Of a stretch of DNA of 64,000 bases, positions 25,671 to 39,600 are shown piece after piece. The stretch is taken from positions 108,190,001 to 108,254,000 of the forward strand of contig OX597817.1 of the NCBI GenBank assembly GCA_951406725.2. Reading direction: 5' to 3'. The position numbers and the translations under genes are program-made. Numbering within the stretch: position 1 is the first letter of the stretch; every line of letters begins with the position of its first letter. The notes under the pieces were generated by a model that was not told the origin of the DNA, did not search any database, and saw nothing but the letters and a program-made list of their open reading frames with translations. The stretch is from Octopus vulgaris (lineage: Eukaryota).

Positions 25671-26876
25671 CTTATCTTCTTCCTAATGGAAGAAAACAGA
25701 AATGCCTGAACTAGTTGTATACTTTTTTGCTGATGCAATACATCACTTGTTTCTAGATTCTGTTTTATTATACGAACCCTATAAAGATGTATAATTCAAT
25801 CCTCTACCACAGTTATCACTTCGCTACTTTTCTCACAAATTTAAATATCCATGTTGCTGTTGTGTTATTGTTGTACCGAGGTATTATTTAGTCCCATACT
25901 ATCCCTGACAGAGCAGAACTATGATCAACAGCATGCCAGGAATGACTATCCAATATTCTAAGTCATGGTGTAAGTACATCAAGGATTAAATTATCCAATG
26001 TATTATTCTTTTTTCCATGACAGTAGATGTGATTTGGCAGGGTAGATCCAGCTGCTGTTTCTAGCAGATCGTGTTACATTATGGAGACTTCATTATCACA
26101 AACTAAAGGGTAAATTTGATTAAATTTGAGGAAAAGGGTAAATTTGATTAAATCAACCATAGTGCTGCATTATTAATATATATTTAATTGACACCAGCGT
26201 GGAGTAGGGGTGACCTGATACTTATTTTGTGGAGCCTGGAAGTAGGGCGAAAGACAGAACTCAACTCAGAACGTAAAAGGCTGCATTTAGTAGAAGGTTT
26301 GTAATTATAATCATATCGATCGAAATGAAAATGAAAGACAAAGTTGATCTCTACAGGAATTGAACTCAATAAGCTGAAACTAAACATTCAAACTATTCAA
26401 TAGTTTCAATCACTTTACTTTCACTGCCCATTCTATCTCTTTTGTTTTGTTCAGTTTCTTTTTGTTTGTTCCACCAAATGTAATTATAAATGGCCAAACA
26501 AACTGCAAAGAAAGCTGGAGTTGGTCTCTGTATCAAAACTAATATGAAGTAAACTTGATAAAAAGTGTACAGTGAACTTGACATAATGAGTTTAAAATTC
26601 AATGTTCTTCTAAGTTAAAAAAGAAAAAAATGGCTGCAACTGATAAGAAATGCAAGACCATGTGAGCATCATCCTTGAACAGGAAGTGATGGGACAAACA
26701 GTGTGAGAAAAAGCAGGTAAAGTCAAGAGGTGATAGAATAGTAGAAGGATAAAAGAGGCAGGTACAGTGGACTAAGTAGAAGGATATAAGTATGTATCTA
26801 TATTTGAATATGCAAATATTCATATACACATGTGTACAATACACACATACACTATGTGCGTGTGTATGTATGTATA

Positions 26877-26919
<43 letters not shown>

Positions 26920-27144
26920 GTATATATATATGTATATATGTATGTATATATATATATATATATGTATTTTTATATCTTGTTATATCTCATTATATTGATT
27001 GTAATTATTGTACAGTATTAATGTCTAATCTTAATGCTCTTGTGTAGTGTTTTAATAAAGTATATGATTCGGTATTATCTGATAGTTGATGAATGATTTA
27101 GATATATTTCTCCATTTTCTTATTTTGTATTATATATATGTATG

Positions 27145-27176
<32 letters not shown>

Positions 27177-27320
27177 TATATACAGGGTACAGTATTTGTA
27201 TTTGATGGATATTTGTCCGCATCTTGTTGCTTGTTAGCAACAAACAAGATGAGGACAAATATCTGTCAAATGTAAATAATGTACATAATTCCTTATCTTT
27301 TAAATATAGAACTATATATA

Positions 27321-28563
27321 CAGGGATTGGACAAAATAATGGAAACACCTTAAAATTTCAAACAAATTTATTTCAATATGGAGTAGGACTGCTTTGGCAG
27401 TAATTACAGCTTGAATTCTACGAGGTATGGACTCGTACAAAGTTTGAATTGTTTCCAAAAGAATTTTTGTCCATTCTTCAGCTAAAACACTCTCCAGTTC
27501 TTGTAGTGATGATGGTGGAGGATATCAACTCCTTACTTGTTTTTCTAAAATGCAGCATAAATATTCCAAAATATTGAGATCTGGGGACTGTGGTGGCCAA
27601 ATAAGATTTTCAATTTCACTAGAATGTTTCTCATACCATTCAGTAACAACTTTGGCTGTGTGAATTGGGTCGTTATCATCGTGAAAGATTGCATTTTCCT
27701 CCAGAAGCACTTCTGCAACAATAGGATGAATTTGATCAGATAAAATGATGAAATAGTCTTGACTATTAGTTCTGCCATGAAGAGAAACCATTGGGCCAGC
27801 GGATTTCCATGTTATAGCCCCCCACCCCCACCCCGATCATCACAGATCCTCCATGTTTAACAGTTGGAAGTAAGCAGTCTGGGTCAAATGCATCTTTTGG
27901 CTGTCTCCATACATATACCTGGCTGGTGGTCGGAAATAAGGTAAAGGATGACTCGTCCCAGAAAATAACATTCTTCCACTGCTCTAGGTTTTTACTCCAC
28001 TCTAAATGCTTCGCAACCTTTGTTTTTGAAAGTAGTGGTTTTCTGATTGCAGCCCTCCTGTGAAATCTGACTTTGTGCAGCTCCCAGCGAACAGCTCTTG
28101 TGAAAACTGGGTCCTCAAGGTGGTCATAAAGCTCTGCAGTAATTTTGGGAGCTTTACTTTTGTGAACAATTTGTGTAAGAGTCTGACGGTCCCTATCTAA
28201 AAGTTTTGGTTTTCTTCTGGAGTTTTGTTTCGACAAGGAAAATTTTTCTCTCTTCCTCAAAGGCTGTCATTACTTTCGAGACAGTACTTCTTCATACAGC
28301 AAACATTTCGGCTGTTTTCATTACGCTAGCACCAACAAATTGACCTCTTTGAAAGTCTGATAGGTCTGTCATTTTAATGAATTTTAATTACCTTTTTCTG
28401 ATGATGTCTGAAAAGAAACAGAGCAATTTTAGCAAAACATATTAAGCAATGCTAATAATAAATCAAAAAACATAAAAATAAACAAACTTTTGATGGTTTT
28501 ATAGATATTTGAAAATTACAATGCTATGATGCTGGGTGTTTCCATTATTTTGTCCAACCCCTG
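27321..28563 (-). mobile_element. Tc1-like transposon with intact TIRs and a frameshifted transposase
   Basis: TIRs caggg.ttggacaaaataatggaaacacc; TA flanks; ORFs with VIFWDESSF, TVKHGGSVM, FHDDNDPIH, WPPQSPDLNILE. Confidence 0.92.
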
Positions 28564-28582
28564 TATATATATAATGTATATA

Positions 28583-28784
28583 CAGTAATCCATTGCCATA
28601 TCACAGTTTATTATTTAAGCTTACGTTGATTCCTCTGTGGCGTTGTTTTGCATTTATAAAATAAATATATACAAATTATAAAAAAATAAAGAATATACAG
28701 TACAGTACTGTTTCTACTTTGTGGATTTTCACCTATTGCAGGGATTTTTGGAATGTAACACCCGCGATAGTCGTGGGATTACTG
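28583..28784. mobile_element. pogo/Tigger-type MITE
   Basis: TA-cagtaatcc ... ggattactg-TA. Confidence 0.65.
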
Positions 28785-28856
28785 TATATCATCATCATTG
28801 TTTAGCATCTGCTTTCCATGTTAGCATGGGTGGGACATATATATATATATATATAT

Positions 28857-29630
28857 ATTGCTTACATCATAAGAGTTCCTGCATTAAAAATGACTTAATT
28901 CATACATGTACCAGGTTTTTAGCGATGACTTTTGGCAACTTATATCTCCATGTTATATAATTAATTTGATACATGTCCAATCATTGCTGAATTGTTTATT
29001 CTTTATTTTCATATATAACTTATAAACATTAAATTTTATTTTTTTATGTTACAGCTTTGATAATGAGTGCTGGTAAAATTGCAATTAGAACCATTTTACA
29101 CTATCTGTAGTAAAAAGGACTGAACGTAAGGGTAGTGGCAAAAGGAATTAATGATGTGAAAAGCCCAGTAACTCTCAACGAACATGTATCTTTTTCAGAC
29201 ACTAAAAGGTATGTGACACTAGCCTCAAAGACAAACCAAGGTGAGGGAGACCCTCCATTGTGGAAGATGAGGCCCTACTTGAAATTGTTGAGTAACAACC
29301 AAGTGTATGTACGCGTACATTCTTGGTAGAACTTGATCCATCACAAAGCACCACTAGTCAACACTTCCTTAAGTTTGACCTTGTAAACAGATGTTGAAAA
29401 GCTCATGAACTGACCAATAACCAGCTTCAATGATATGTGAACACTTGCTAACAACTGCTGACACATCCTCAAGATGCCCATTTTTGGCGTCGAATTGTAA
29501 ATGGAGGTGAAGAATGGATCTGATTTAGCAAACTTAACAAGAGAAATCAGTTATGTCATTCAGGCTAGGCTCCGGGACCTATTGTCAAACAAGAGTGGTT
29601 TGAGCAGGTCATGTTGTGTGTTTGGTGGAT
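28857..29630 (+). mobile_element. Highly degenerate mariner 5' half
   Basis: Ends in the QVMLCVWW motif; upstream decayed transposase-like sequence. Confidence 0.55.
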
Positions 29631-30310
29631 AGGTACATACAAGCAGCTAGGTAGATGTAGCCTGACAAGGTGGACAGAAATAATACCTAAAAGAATCGCA
29701 GACAGACAGGGTAGGAATATACATGTAAACACTCTCATACAATTACATTCACATACACACGAGCATTTTTATATACATATAATCACTTATGCAAATTCTC
29801 TCATACTTTTACTTAAAAACAGTAAACAATCAAATGAATTGTCAGTGCAGGCTTGTTAAAAAAACTGTTTTAACTTACAGTTTGGTGTAGAGACTGTGAG
29901 TTAGAAAGAAGATACCAGATAAAGACAAGAACAATATTAACATAAAAGACTGTAAGCTAAGTGAAGAATTCAAACAAGTTACTTTTGCTGTTTAGTTTGA
30001 GAAAAAAGATACTTTGTCTCTAACAAGCAGACTACAAACTAACTTGTTACTTCAAACAAGGTAACAAGGCATTGTTCCATATAGAAAACCTCAGCTACTT
30101 CAAAATAGCATTATTTCATGCTTCTATAAGTCAAAGAAAAAAAACAAAACAAAGACAATGAAGTAAAATTGTAATGGAAATGATCATTGGTATCATATTA
30201 TATTTGAAGTCCTTCAAGATTTTGTTTCCATTTCTCATTGTAATTTCCATATCAAGGGAACCAACACTCAAAATATTACGTTCTGGAATCCAAGTTTTAC
30301 TAATATTTTA

Positions 30311-30829
30311 TTGGGTTGTCTGGAAAGTTCGTGCCAATTTTTAAAGGAGAGAAAAAGGTGAATAAAGACTTGCCATTACATTTTTAATCAACCAAATATG
30401 AACCATTTTGTTGCACAATGCGTCTCCATCTTTCCTTTAACTTGAAAATACCCTCTTCCCAAAATTCATCCAAGGAATTGAAATTTTTACCATTAAGACT
30501 ATTCTGCAGAGACCTGAATAAGTGGAAATCCAAAGGAGCAATATCTTGAGAATATGGAGGGTGGGGTAACACATCCCAGCCGAGCTGCAGCAATTTTTGT
30601 CTGGTTCCCAAAGCATCAAGTGCTGAAAATGAACATTCTTATTTTCCATTTTAAAGGTTTACAGAATTAACAGATTATAGGAACATAAACCTTCTTCCAC
30701 GAACAGATAGATTAAACTGTGCTCTAAATGGAGGTGTAGTCAAATCCTATTTTATGGACTCAACCATGTTCTAAAATAAGTCAAAAGTTAAGCTACTATA
30801 AATCGGCACAAACTTTCCAGACAACCCAA
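30311..30829 (-). mobile_element. Internally deleted mariner
   Basis: TIRs ttgggttgtctggaaagtt / aactttccagacaacccaa; TA flanks; WDVLPHPPYSQDIAPLDFHLFRSLQNSL. Confidence 0.9.
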
Positions 30830-30967
30830 TACATACAGTTTGAAAATATTTGAAAGAACAGGCTTCTGTAATCCTCAAATTAATTCATCAACCAAATGGC
30901 TTAGAGCATCAGTAAATCTGTAAATTTTTTTTGAGTCATCTGCTGATAATGAAAGCTTCAACTTTAA

Positions 30968-31186
30968 CCCTTCCATTACCGTATTTATTTTGAGATGCTC
31001 TGTGTTTCTTTGAATTACTTTATATATAACAAAGACTTTAGTAAAATAACTTAGTTGTCATTCAACTAGTGTTAGGAACATAAATTGTGACTAAGGTTTG
31101 GTGGAAGATTTTAATTCAAAACTTACAAAAACAAGACATTTGTACTCAGAGCCAGAGCCTGTTTCAGCTGGGTTGTAACGATAGGG
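30968..31186 (+). mobile_element. piggyBac-type MITE
   Basis: TTAA-CCCTT ... AGGG-TTAA; same family as 47362-47587. Confidence 0.8.
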
Positions 31187-31849
31187 TTAAGACATGCAAG
31201 CAATGTATTTTTTTCTTTGACTAAGAACAATTTTTGGTTATATTTTCATGTGCAATGGAATCAAAATAGTATAACAGATGAGATGTTTACATCTGTTACT
31301 GGAAAGAATATACAAATTGAATATTGAAAATATGTCAAAATTTGATCATTACAAAACAGTATTCAACATGGGATCCAATGTTAACTTAATGTTTGCATTA
31401 TTTTCATTATGCAGATCCTAAAAATGTATTTCATGTGAAAGTGAAGTTCTTAAATTGGACAAGAAATGACAAATGTTTATGTATGGGTTCCAGCCAAACA
31501 TAAAAGTAATTAAACACAACAAATGTTTCAGTAATATATACAAGAAGTATTGAGTTTATTGTCATATCAACAATTACATAGCATCTTTTGTTGTAATATT
31601 TTTTTTCTGCCAAAACACTCAAGTTACTCCTAATGTGGTACTTAAATGACTTGCTTCCGATATAACAGAAATATTCCTTTTATTGATTCTATCAGGATTT
31701 GACATTAGAAGCATGTATTACCAAACTTGATATAACAAAGCATCTAAATCATTGTTTTACTGTCCAAAAAGCAACAATCACAGCTGACTGACACAAGAGA
31801 CTATCTACTAGCAATGCAGTAAACTGAATGGTTCAATGGTTTGTATCCT

Positions 31850-32086
31850 ATTTCTTTATTACCCACAAGGGGCTAAACGTAGAGGGGACAAACAAGGACA
31901 GACATAGGTATTAAGTCGATTACATCAACCCCAGTGCGTAACTGGTACTTAATTTATCGACCCCGAAAGGATGAAAGGTAAAGTCGACCTCAGCGGAATT
32001 TTAACTCAGAACGTAATGGCAGACGAAATACTGCTAAGCATTTCGCCCGACGTGCTAACGTTTCTGCCAGCTCACCGCCTTTGATA
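31850..32086 (-). mobile_element. Full-length tRNA-derived SINE with Meta-like core
   Basis: 16-bp TSD caatggtttgtatcct at 31834-31849 and 32087-32102. Confidence 0.88.
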
Positions 32087-33488
32087 CAATGGTTTGTATC
32101 CTGACACATGTACTGGTGTACCCAAAAAGAAGACACTCAACAGCTGCTGGCTTAGACAACCTGAACAAATGGTGAAGCACAGTACTGCAAGAAAATGAAG
32201 TAAATATTTTATGTGTCATTAACCAGCATTTCATTGAAATTCTAGTCTAGTCTAAATTAAAATAAAAGCACCATACTCATACAGAGCACTAATTAAACTA
32301 ATTCTAATAACACAACCTAGTTTTGATAATACAAATTTCAGAAAGAAAATATAGTATCAGGACAATACTGGAACAAAGAAAATAAAACTTATAATTCTAT
32401 AAGCTTAATATTGAACTGCACATGGCTTACCATTGAACCATCGTTAATTTCAAATAATGATTCAGATTATCTGAATTCCAAACTACCATTTAATAGAAAT
32501 ATTTGGCAACAATCATCAAGTCACGAGTCTCAACAAGTAATATTTGATTTAAAAGCTACAATAACTGGAACTAAAATACATCCTGTCTACATCCAGTTCA
32601 AAAGATTTTATAAAGATCTTCACATTTATGATCACAGCTATTCACTCTTATAAGATTCTAAGTTTAAGTTTACCAAGATCTAAGTTTGCAAAAAGATACT
32701 GCAGGAAAGGATGCATTAATGCTGCATGATCATTCTATTGTTAATTGGCAGGATCAGATAACACTCAACTAATTAATATCTGAGCTAAGTTTCATTGATG
32801 AACAATTGATACTTGATCTAAGTTTCCTCACTGACCAACAATGTCAAGGAAATGACAAAAAATGAAATAATTTTTAAAAAAAAGGAGTAAAAAAGTTCTT
32901 AAATATCAAGCTATCCATGGTAGTGTGCCAGAGTTCCATAGCTTAATGGTTTAGAGGGAAAGTCCATAAGTTTCATCCTTAAGTAATGCAGTATTTTTTT
33001 AGACTATGATATACAACCAAGTACAGGTATTAAGAAAATATTAGAATGATTGTTCCATCAAACATACGAATATCAAAAGCTTTAGTGTAGAGAGCATTGT
33101 GGATTGATGTTGATCAATGCATTGTAGTTGGGGCACGACAATGACCATATGCTTAAACCCTTGTTTTGGGATCTAATTCTGCAAATACAGAGGACTGAAA
33201 ATTTGACCAGAAATTTCCTTTTTGCAAGTACACATGTAGTACTCAATGCACCTTTAATTCACCTATCTAAATCAACACTGTTACTCATGTTTGCACGTAT
33301 TAATATTTCTTATCATTACTGAATTGAAATTTGTTCCATTGTTTTTGTTTGTATACAGTAGTCACTTGTGTATAAATGAACAGAACCAATTATGGACAAT
33401 GAAATCCTCAGAAAAAAACAAAAAACATTCTTGTTTATAATAATACTATGGCAGTTTATTCAGATTTATTATAATTGTTGTATGAAAG

Positions 33489-33738
33489 TGGGGTCTCCAA
33501 CCACCAGGCCATAGATTAGCACCAGACCACAAAGAATAAATAAATTTTTAGATTTTATTTCTATTTTTTTTACTGTCACAGTCTGCAGGGAATTTTTGCA
33601 TTATGCATATAATATATAATAATTAAATTATATATTATGCACTTTATTGTATTTTGTTGTGTGCGTGATCGACCAGTCTGTGAAAAATTGTCTTGAATGA
33701 ACTCAGTCTGTGGTGCAAAAAACGTTGAGGATCGCTGG
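33489..33738. mobile_element. hAT (Charlie-like) MITE
   Basis: ggggtctccaacc ... gttgaggatcgctg; flanks gtatgaaa/gtataaaa. Confidence 0.6.
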
Positions 33739-35944
33739 TATAAAATGCATGGTAAAAGTTCATGCTTCCTCAATAAAACAAGAAAAAAATTCAAAGGTGA
33801 CCATAGAATTTTACTCATGAATGATTTTATCAATAAATAAAACATTGACTCAGAAAATAAGTTTAGAACTAAATAGCAATGAAGTATGGGCAATGTTGGG
33901 TTGCCCATACTTCCAGAAAATCAATAAGTTGCACCAAACTTTGTATAGATGTATTATATTTACTCACAGACAAGCTTAAATGGTGAAATGTAAGCCCTCA
34001 GGTGTTCGAAGTGTGTGTGAACTTATTAAATCGTACAAACTTTCATCTATTGAATTGCAGGACTTTTACTGTATGAAGTGAATATGTATTTCTCCTTTAA
34101 TATTGTTAATTATCAAAAGGAAATGTTTTGGAAAGTGATTTTTTTTTAATGAAAAAATAAATTTTTGTTGTTTTAGATCAACACCCTCCATTGATAATAG
34201 ATGTTATATTTAATTTGAAGATAGATTTTTATGAATTTGATCAATCAGAAAATTTGGCCAACTTATGCAGCATATTTTATGTTTTAAATGGATTAAATTT
34301 GAATTTGCAAGGCACAAAAATAAATATTCTTAAAGTTCATGAGAAAATGGATAACACAACCATTCAGTATTTAATGAACTAGAAGTAGATTCCATTACTT
34401 AAACTTTCATGCAAACTGCACTGAAACAAAAATTTCGGAATGTTTCCCTAAGTAACTTCGGTCATCAAGAAAATTATCCAAATTTTTCTAAGAAAACAGT
34501 TTGATTTTTAATGTCTTTTGTTACAACACTGCAGAAAGATTACAAATTCTTTACTATTATTAAAGTGTTGGAGTAACAGAAATAACAGATGAAAAACATT
34601 AATTAACTATGTAATTATGTCAATTATGTTCTGAGTTAAAATCCAACTGGGACAAAATTTGCTCTCCATCCATTTTGATTCAATAAAATAAGCACCAATA
34701 ATATACAAGAATCAATTCAATAAACTATACCTCTTTCTTATGATTTTGCGATGTTATGCCTAAATATGAATCTTTGCTTCAGTTTTCTTAAAAATATAAC
34801 TACAAGAATAAGTTGAGCAAGATTTGAGGTTAGAAATCAACTTCTTACAAGTGTTTTGTGATAGCAATTTAATTTTTCACGTTAGTATATCAAAATAATT
34901 CTCTTTTGCATTCTTTTTTGTCTTTGGTTGATTTTCATTCATTAGTGAATATATGTTTAATTTTTATATTATATTTTCAACTTAGTTTAATAAATAATAT
35001 GATTTAATTATGTTCATTCATTAGTATGTAACTCCAAATCTAAGAAGTCCATGGACATCAAAAAAAATATATATAAACATTAAAAGCAACTATATTAGTT
35101 TTGTAATTTAAAAATATTTTTTCCTAATTTTTTTCATGAAAGTTTTGATTAGATGATGATTATTAGTTGATAACCTATTTTGTTACATATATTAATATGG
35201 AACACAAATTTCATTAAAAATATTAGTCCACAGTCTGAAATTGTATGGAAGCAGAAGTAGAGTATCTTGAGCAAATCACTTGGCAGAACACATCTCACTT
35301 CAAAGTACACCCAAAGAAGGAGTGGAACTCAACATTTGCAGCTAGCATAGAGTACTGATACTTCAAGCAATGACAGAATAAAGGTATTATACCTTTTTTA
35401 CCTTGGACACAACCCATTATCTGCACTGTACTACCTAAGATTAGTAGTCATTTAATTGCAGTTTTCTACATACACATAATACATTTATACAGTTATTTCA
35501 AAATTAGTAATACCAAACAATGAAAATATAAAATTATCTGACATGATATCGAAGCTAAATGATAGAATTCTTAATCACACTATTTCTAAAACTAATTACA
35601 ATTTTGCTAAGAATAGTTCTACTGAATTTAGGAACATTTCTTAAACTTAAAAGAAAATGCCCAGTAACCCTAAGTAAGACAGATAGGATCAGAGAGACAT
35701 TTTCAAGTAATGTGATATTCCCATGCCCCTTTAGGCTGGAGATCAGGTTAAAAAATCACAAGAGACGTAAGTAGTGAAATGGCTCAATAAAAATTGGCTT
35801 ACAGATTATTACAGCAGTCATACATTTTCATACTAATGAAGATTTGTTATAGATATCATCTTTGCCACAAAACAAAACAGCTTAGTTTAAATGATCAGAT
35901 ATTCACATCAACTAGCCCATTGAAGTACACTGAAACACTAAATC

Positions 35945-36225
35945 ATTGGTTTCTGCCTGTCTCTCCATGCTAACATGTTTTGGGCAGGACATTTTGCAGT
36001 GTTTTACGGCCAGAATCCCTTCCAGATGCCAACCCTTTTGGTCATCTCTAAATGACAAGCAGGGACACATGGTATCTATTCTAAATACCAAGATACACAC
36101 AGTTAAAACTGAAAGGTGCTTACTGCACCTAGGTTCCCCAAATGGTCACCCATCTAAGTACTAACTAGGCTCAATGTTGATTAAATTTGGTTATCAGATG
36201 AAAACTAGTGCCTTCAACATGATAT
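35945..36225 (-). mobile_element. 5S-rRNA-headed SINE (SINE3-like) with RTE-type body/tail
   Basis: 36225-36118 reads atatcatgttgaaggcactagttttcatctgataacc...gttagtacttagatgggtgacc...ggtgcagtaagc (5S-like, CpG-decayed), followed by gggttggcatctggaaggg...ggccgtaaaa and catgttagcatgga. Confidence 0.75.
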
Positions 36226-36246
36226 TTAAAACAAACATTTATTTAT

Positions 36247-36690
36247 TTATTTAATAGCTTCCTTCATTGTTATCTCTGTCATTGACTCTGTATCTTTTAA
36301 GTGACTAGTTTCCATCCCACACTCAGATGTCTGTTGTATATCATCATCTATCTCAATCTCATTCTCATCAGCTGTTTGGTTTTGCTTTTTCTTCTTCTTT
36401 TTCTTCTTTTTCTTGCCTCTGTTGCGTGCACTTTTATTAGCAAGTTCAGGTGAATCACGAGATTTCTGAGTGTTAACTATTTTCTGCTGTGATACTCTTT
36501 CTTTTTCTTTCTTAACATTTAATAAATGTTGAGAGTAATTTGAATACGAGGGTGGCATGTTAGCCAACATCTTTTCAGGAACTGAAATGTCCAAAATTTC
36601 AGGAAGCATGTACGGTTTCAACCATACAACTAATGGAGTAGATCCAAAGGTGTAATGAGTTCTTTTGTGGTAAAATAAAACTCCGTCCAC
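36247..36690 (-). CDS. SNUPN: SNUPN last coding exon ([31 protein letters not shown]...KEAIK*)
   Basis: Acceptor atattttcag|GTG; 444 nt to TAA; equals track ORF 36247..36690. Confidence 0.96.
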   Translation of the reverse strand: MDGVLFYHKRTHYTFGSTPLVVWLKPYMLPEILDISVPEKMLANMPPSYSNYSQHLLNVKKEKERVSQQKIVNTQKSRDSPELANKSARNRGKKKKKKKKKKQNQTADENEIEIDDDIQQTSECGMETSHLKDTESMTEITMKEAIK

Positions 36691-39600
36691 CTGAAAATAT
36701 TAAGTAGGAAAAATAAATCGATGATTGAATTGTGATATAAACAAAAATTCAAAGGAAACCAGTTCATTCATTGAATTAGCTTTAACAATACAGCTGGTGA
36801 TGATAAATTTGAAAAAGGGCTGCAGAGTGAGAACTTGATGGTTTATAACAATACAAAGGTTTCAACTGATCAATGCAACTAATTATTTTTAATTAATCTT
36901 CCCACAACATTTAGCAATGAATGTTACCTACTCACAGTATTTATTTACTGTACCACCAGAAAGCTTTGTCTTCATTTAGAAATTCAAAAGGGATCTCACT
37001 GGAATAGTTTAGAGTCTATTTGTGACAACTGATATTTGAATACTCTCATGCATGATACAAATAAATAGGTTCAACATGACCATTAATCAATATCATTTAG
37101 CAAGAAGTATCATTCATATGTAAAGGTTAAAAATTGGCTCCAGTAAGAAATATTCTTCAGTTTAAAGAGAATACCTGGAACTAAAATATACCAGGCCTAC
37201 ACAAAATTCAAAGGATTTTATAAAGTCCTTTTTCACAATTATGAATACAGCAATTCAGTTGTATAGTTAGATTTTGAAATCTATATTCAGTACTGGATGA
37301 TAAGAGATACAGTAATAAATGAATCTTCTTTTGAAACTGAAATATTGAAAGATAAATGCTTATCCTAAGAATAAACTATAGACATTTTAGCTTGTGGACT
37401 ACAATAAAAAAATTTAGACCACAGTAATTTCAGTAAATCAGAAGATGGATTTAAGAATGGGAACACTAAAATGAAAGTACAAATCAACCTGCAATGAGTT
37501 AGTTTATGTTCTGAAAGACAGTTTTTGAAGAATATTGCTTCCCAATCACATAGTTCTGGGTTCAGTCCCACTGTATGGTACTATGGGCAAGTGTCTTCTA
37601 CTATAGCCTGGCAAACGGAAACTGAAAGAAACCGGTCATGTGTGTGTGCGTGTGTGTGTATATATATATATATATCTTATATCTATTTTTGTGTGTCTCT
37701 GTTTCCCCACCACTACAGTTTGATAACTGGTAATAGTGTACTAGTGTGTTTACAATCCCATAACTTTGTATTTCAACAAAAGAGACCGATAGATAAGTAA
37801 CAGACTTTAAAAAAATAAGTACTGGCATTAATTTCATTCAACTGAAAAATTCTCCAAGGTAGAGCCCCAGCATGGCCACAGTCTAATGACTGAAACAAAT
37901 AAAGATAGAAGATAAAAACAAAAGTAAATCAAACTAGTTAACATTTTTCTTTCTAGAATCTGAATATTTTAGCTTTATTTCATATTGAAGCAGTTAAATA
38001 TTGCAAAACATTTCCAGCCATTAAATTAAATTTTATTTACTTTCTTTTCAATGCAAATTTTTTTTCTCAGCTGTTACAAACTAGAAGGGGCATAAATTTC
38101 ATAATATTTACATGGCCTTTCGAAAATAATAGTTAAAGCTAAATACATTTGAGAATTTTGACCTTCAATAACGTTAACAAAATCAGAACCACTTAAAATT
38201 TTGTAAAATAACAAATTATAAAGGGTAAGTAAGAACAAACTTACTGAAAAATTTGCTGAATGAAGTGAATTTGAAATATCATCTTTGTTACAGGGAAAAT
38301 TTGGTAATGGCACAAAGGAATACTGTAAAATATAGACATGATAAATTATGCAAATTAACATATCTCAAAATTTACAATCAATAAAAACACCATAAGTCAA
38401 AATTAACTATACACTGAAGTAAGGGTGGAACTTGAACTGCCAGTGAAGCAATATTATATACCTAGACCAGAGATATAACATAATTGTCATAGAAAGAGTA
38501 GACTTTTTAACTTGCAACAATCTGGTCAAAAGTCAACAACAGCCAGTCATTCAAAACTTTTATAGTAATCTAGAAACTTTTTTGTAATTAAACTATTAGC
38601 TAATTGAGAAACCAATGTGCAGACATTCCCTTTAAGTTTTTCAATTCTTATAGTGATGCTATAATTAATAATATTATATCCACTGTTGTCCATACTGGGT
38701 GTAATTCAATAATCTACATACCTGCATCAGTGAAAATGTATTGGGAATAAAACAAATAAGAAGACAAAGAGAATAGTCTTCAGTTTTGCAATGTACAGAA
38801 GAAATAAGAGTGTGCTGCTTAAAGTTTTGAACATTATAAATGGAAAGAGAAAAATACAAGCCTTTCCACCATGAGACATTATTCAAGGCATACACTTGTT
38901 TTTTTATTTCTTTGTTTATTTTTGTCTTCCACCAAAGAACCACTATCTACAAAGTCAAACACACTCTCTAGTCTTTTACCTTATCAGGTAAAACTTAAAT
39001 CCTAAGGTCAGTGCAAAGAACAGTGCTGAGAAGAAAAAGCTGATTATGAAGGAAGTCACAGATAAACATGAGAGAGGAGTGCATGTAGTGGATATAGCAT
39101 GTCAGTATGACCGAAGGATGTTGACGATCTGAAAAAAAAGACGAAATCAAGGCTGTTACAATAGCAAAGGTTGTCTCCAAGCTCTCTAAGCAATACACAT
39201 CTGTTCATGAAAGGATGGAAAAATTGCTTCTCCTGTGGATCAAGGAGAAGCAACTCGCAGGGGATACAATTATGGAGACCATCATCTGCGAGAAAGCATG
39301 AGTGCTGTATGGGAATCTCCTGAAGCAGAACCCTGGAAGATCAATGGAGGAGACATCAGCAGATGCATTTAAGGCCGGTCATGGCTGGTTTGATAATTTC
39401 AAAGAGAGGACTGGTGTTCATAGTATTGTCAGGTATGGAGAAGCAGTGAGTTGTGACACGAAGGCAGCCGAAGATTTCATGTGTGAATTCCGTCAGCTCA
39501 TTGCAGCCGAGGGATACATCGCACAACAGGTATTGAACTGTGATGAAACTGGCCTTTTTTGGATAAATAGGCCCAGAAGAACCTACATAACTGTAATGGA

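Noticed and set aside
32411-32653. 80-aa ORF as a possible exon
   Set aside because: Shares degenerate sequence with 37160-37280, so it is a dispersed repeat; no supporting splice structure.
36118-36225. Functional 5S rRNA gene
   Set aside because: 5' end missing, many CpG-type substitutions, fused to retroelement sequence.
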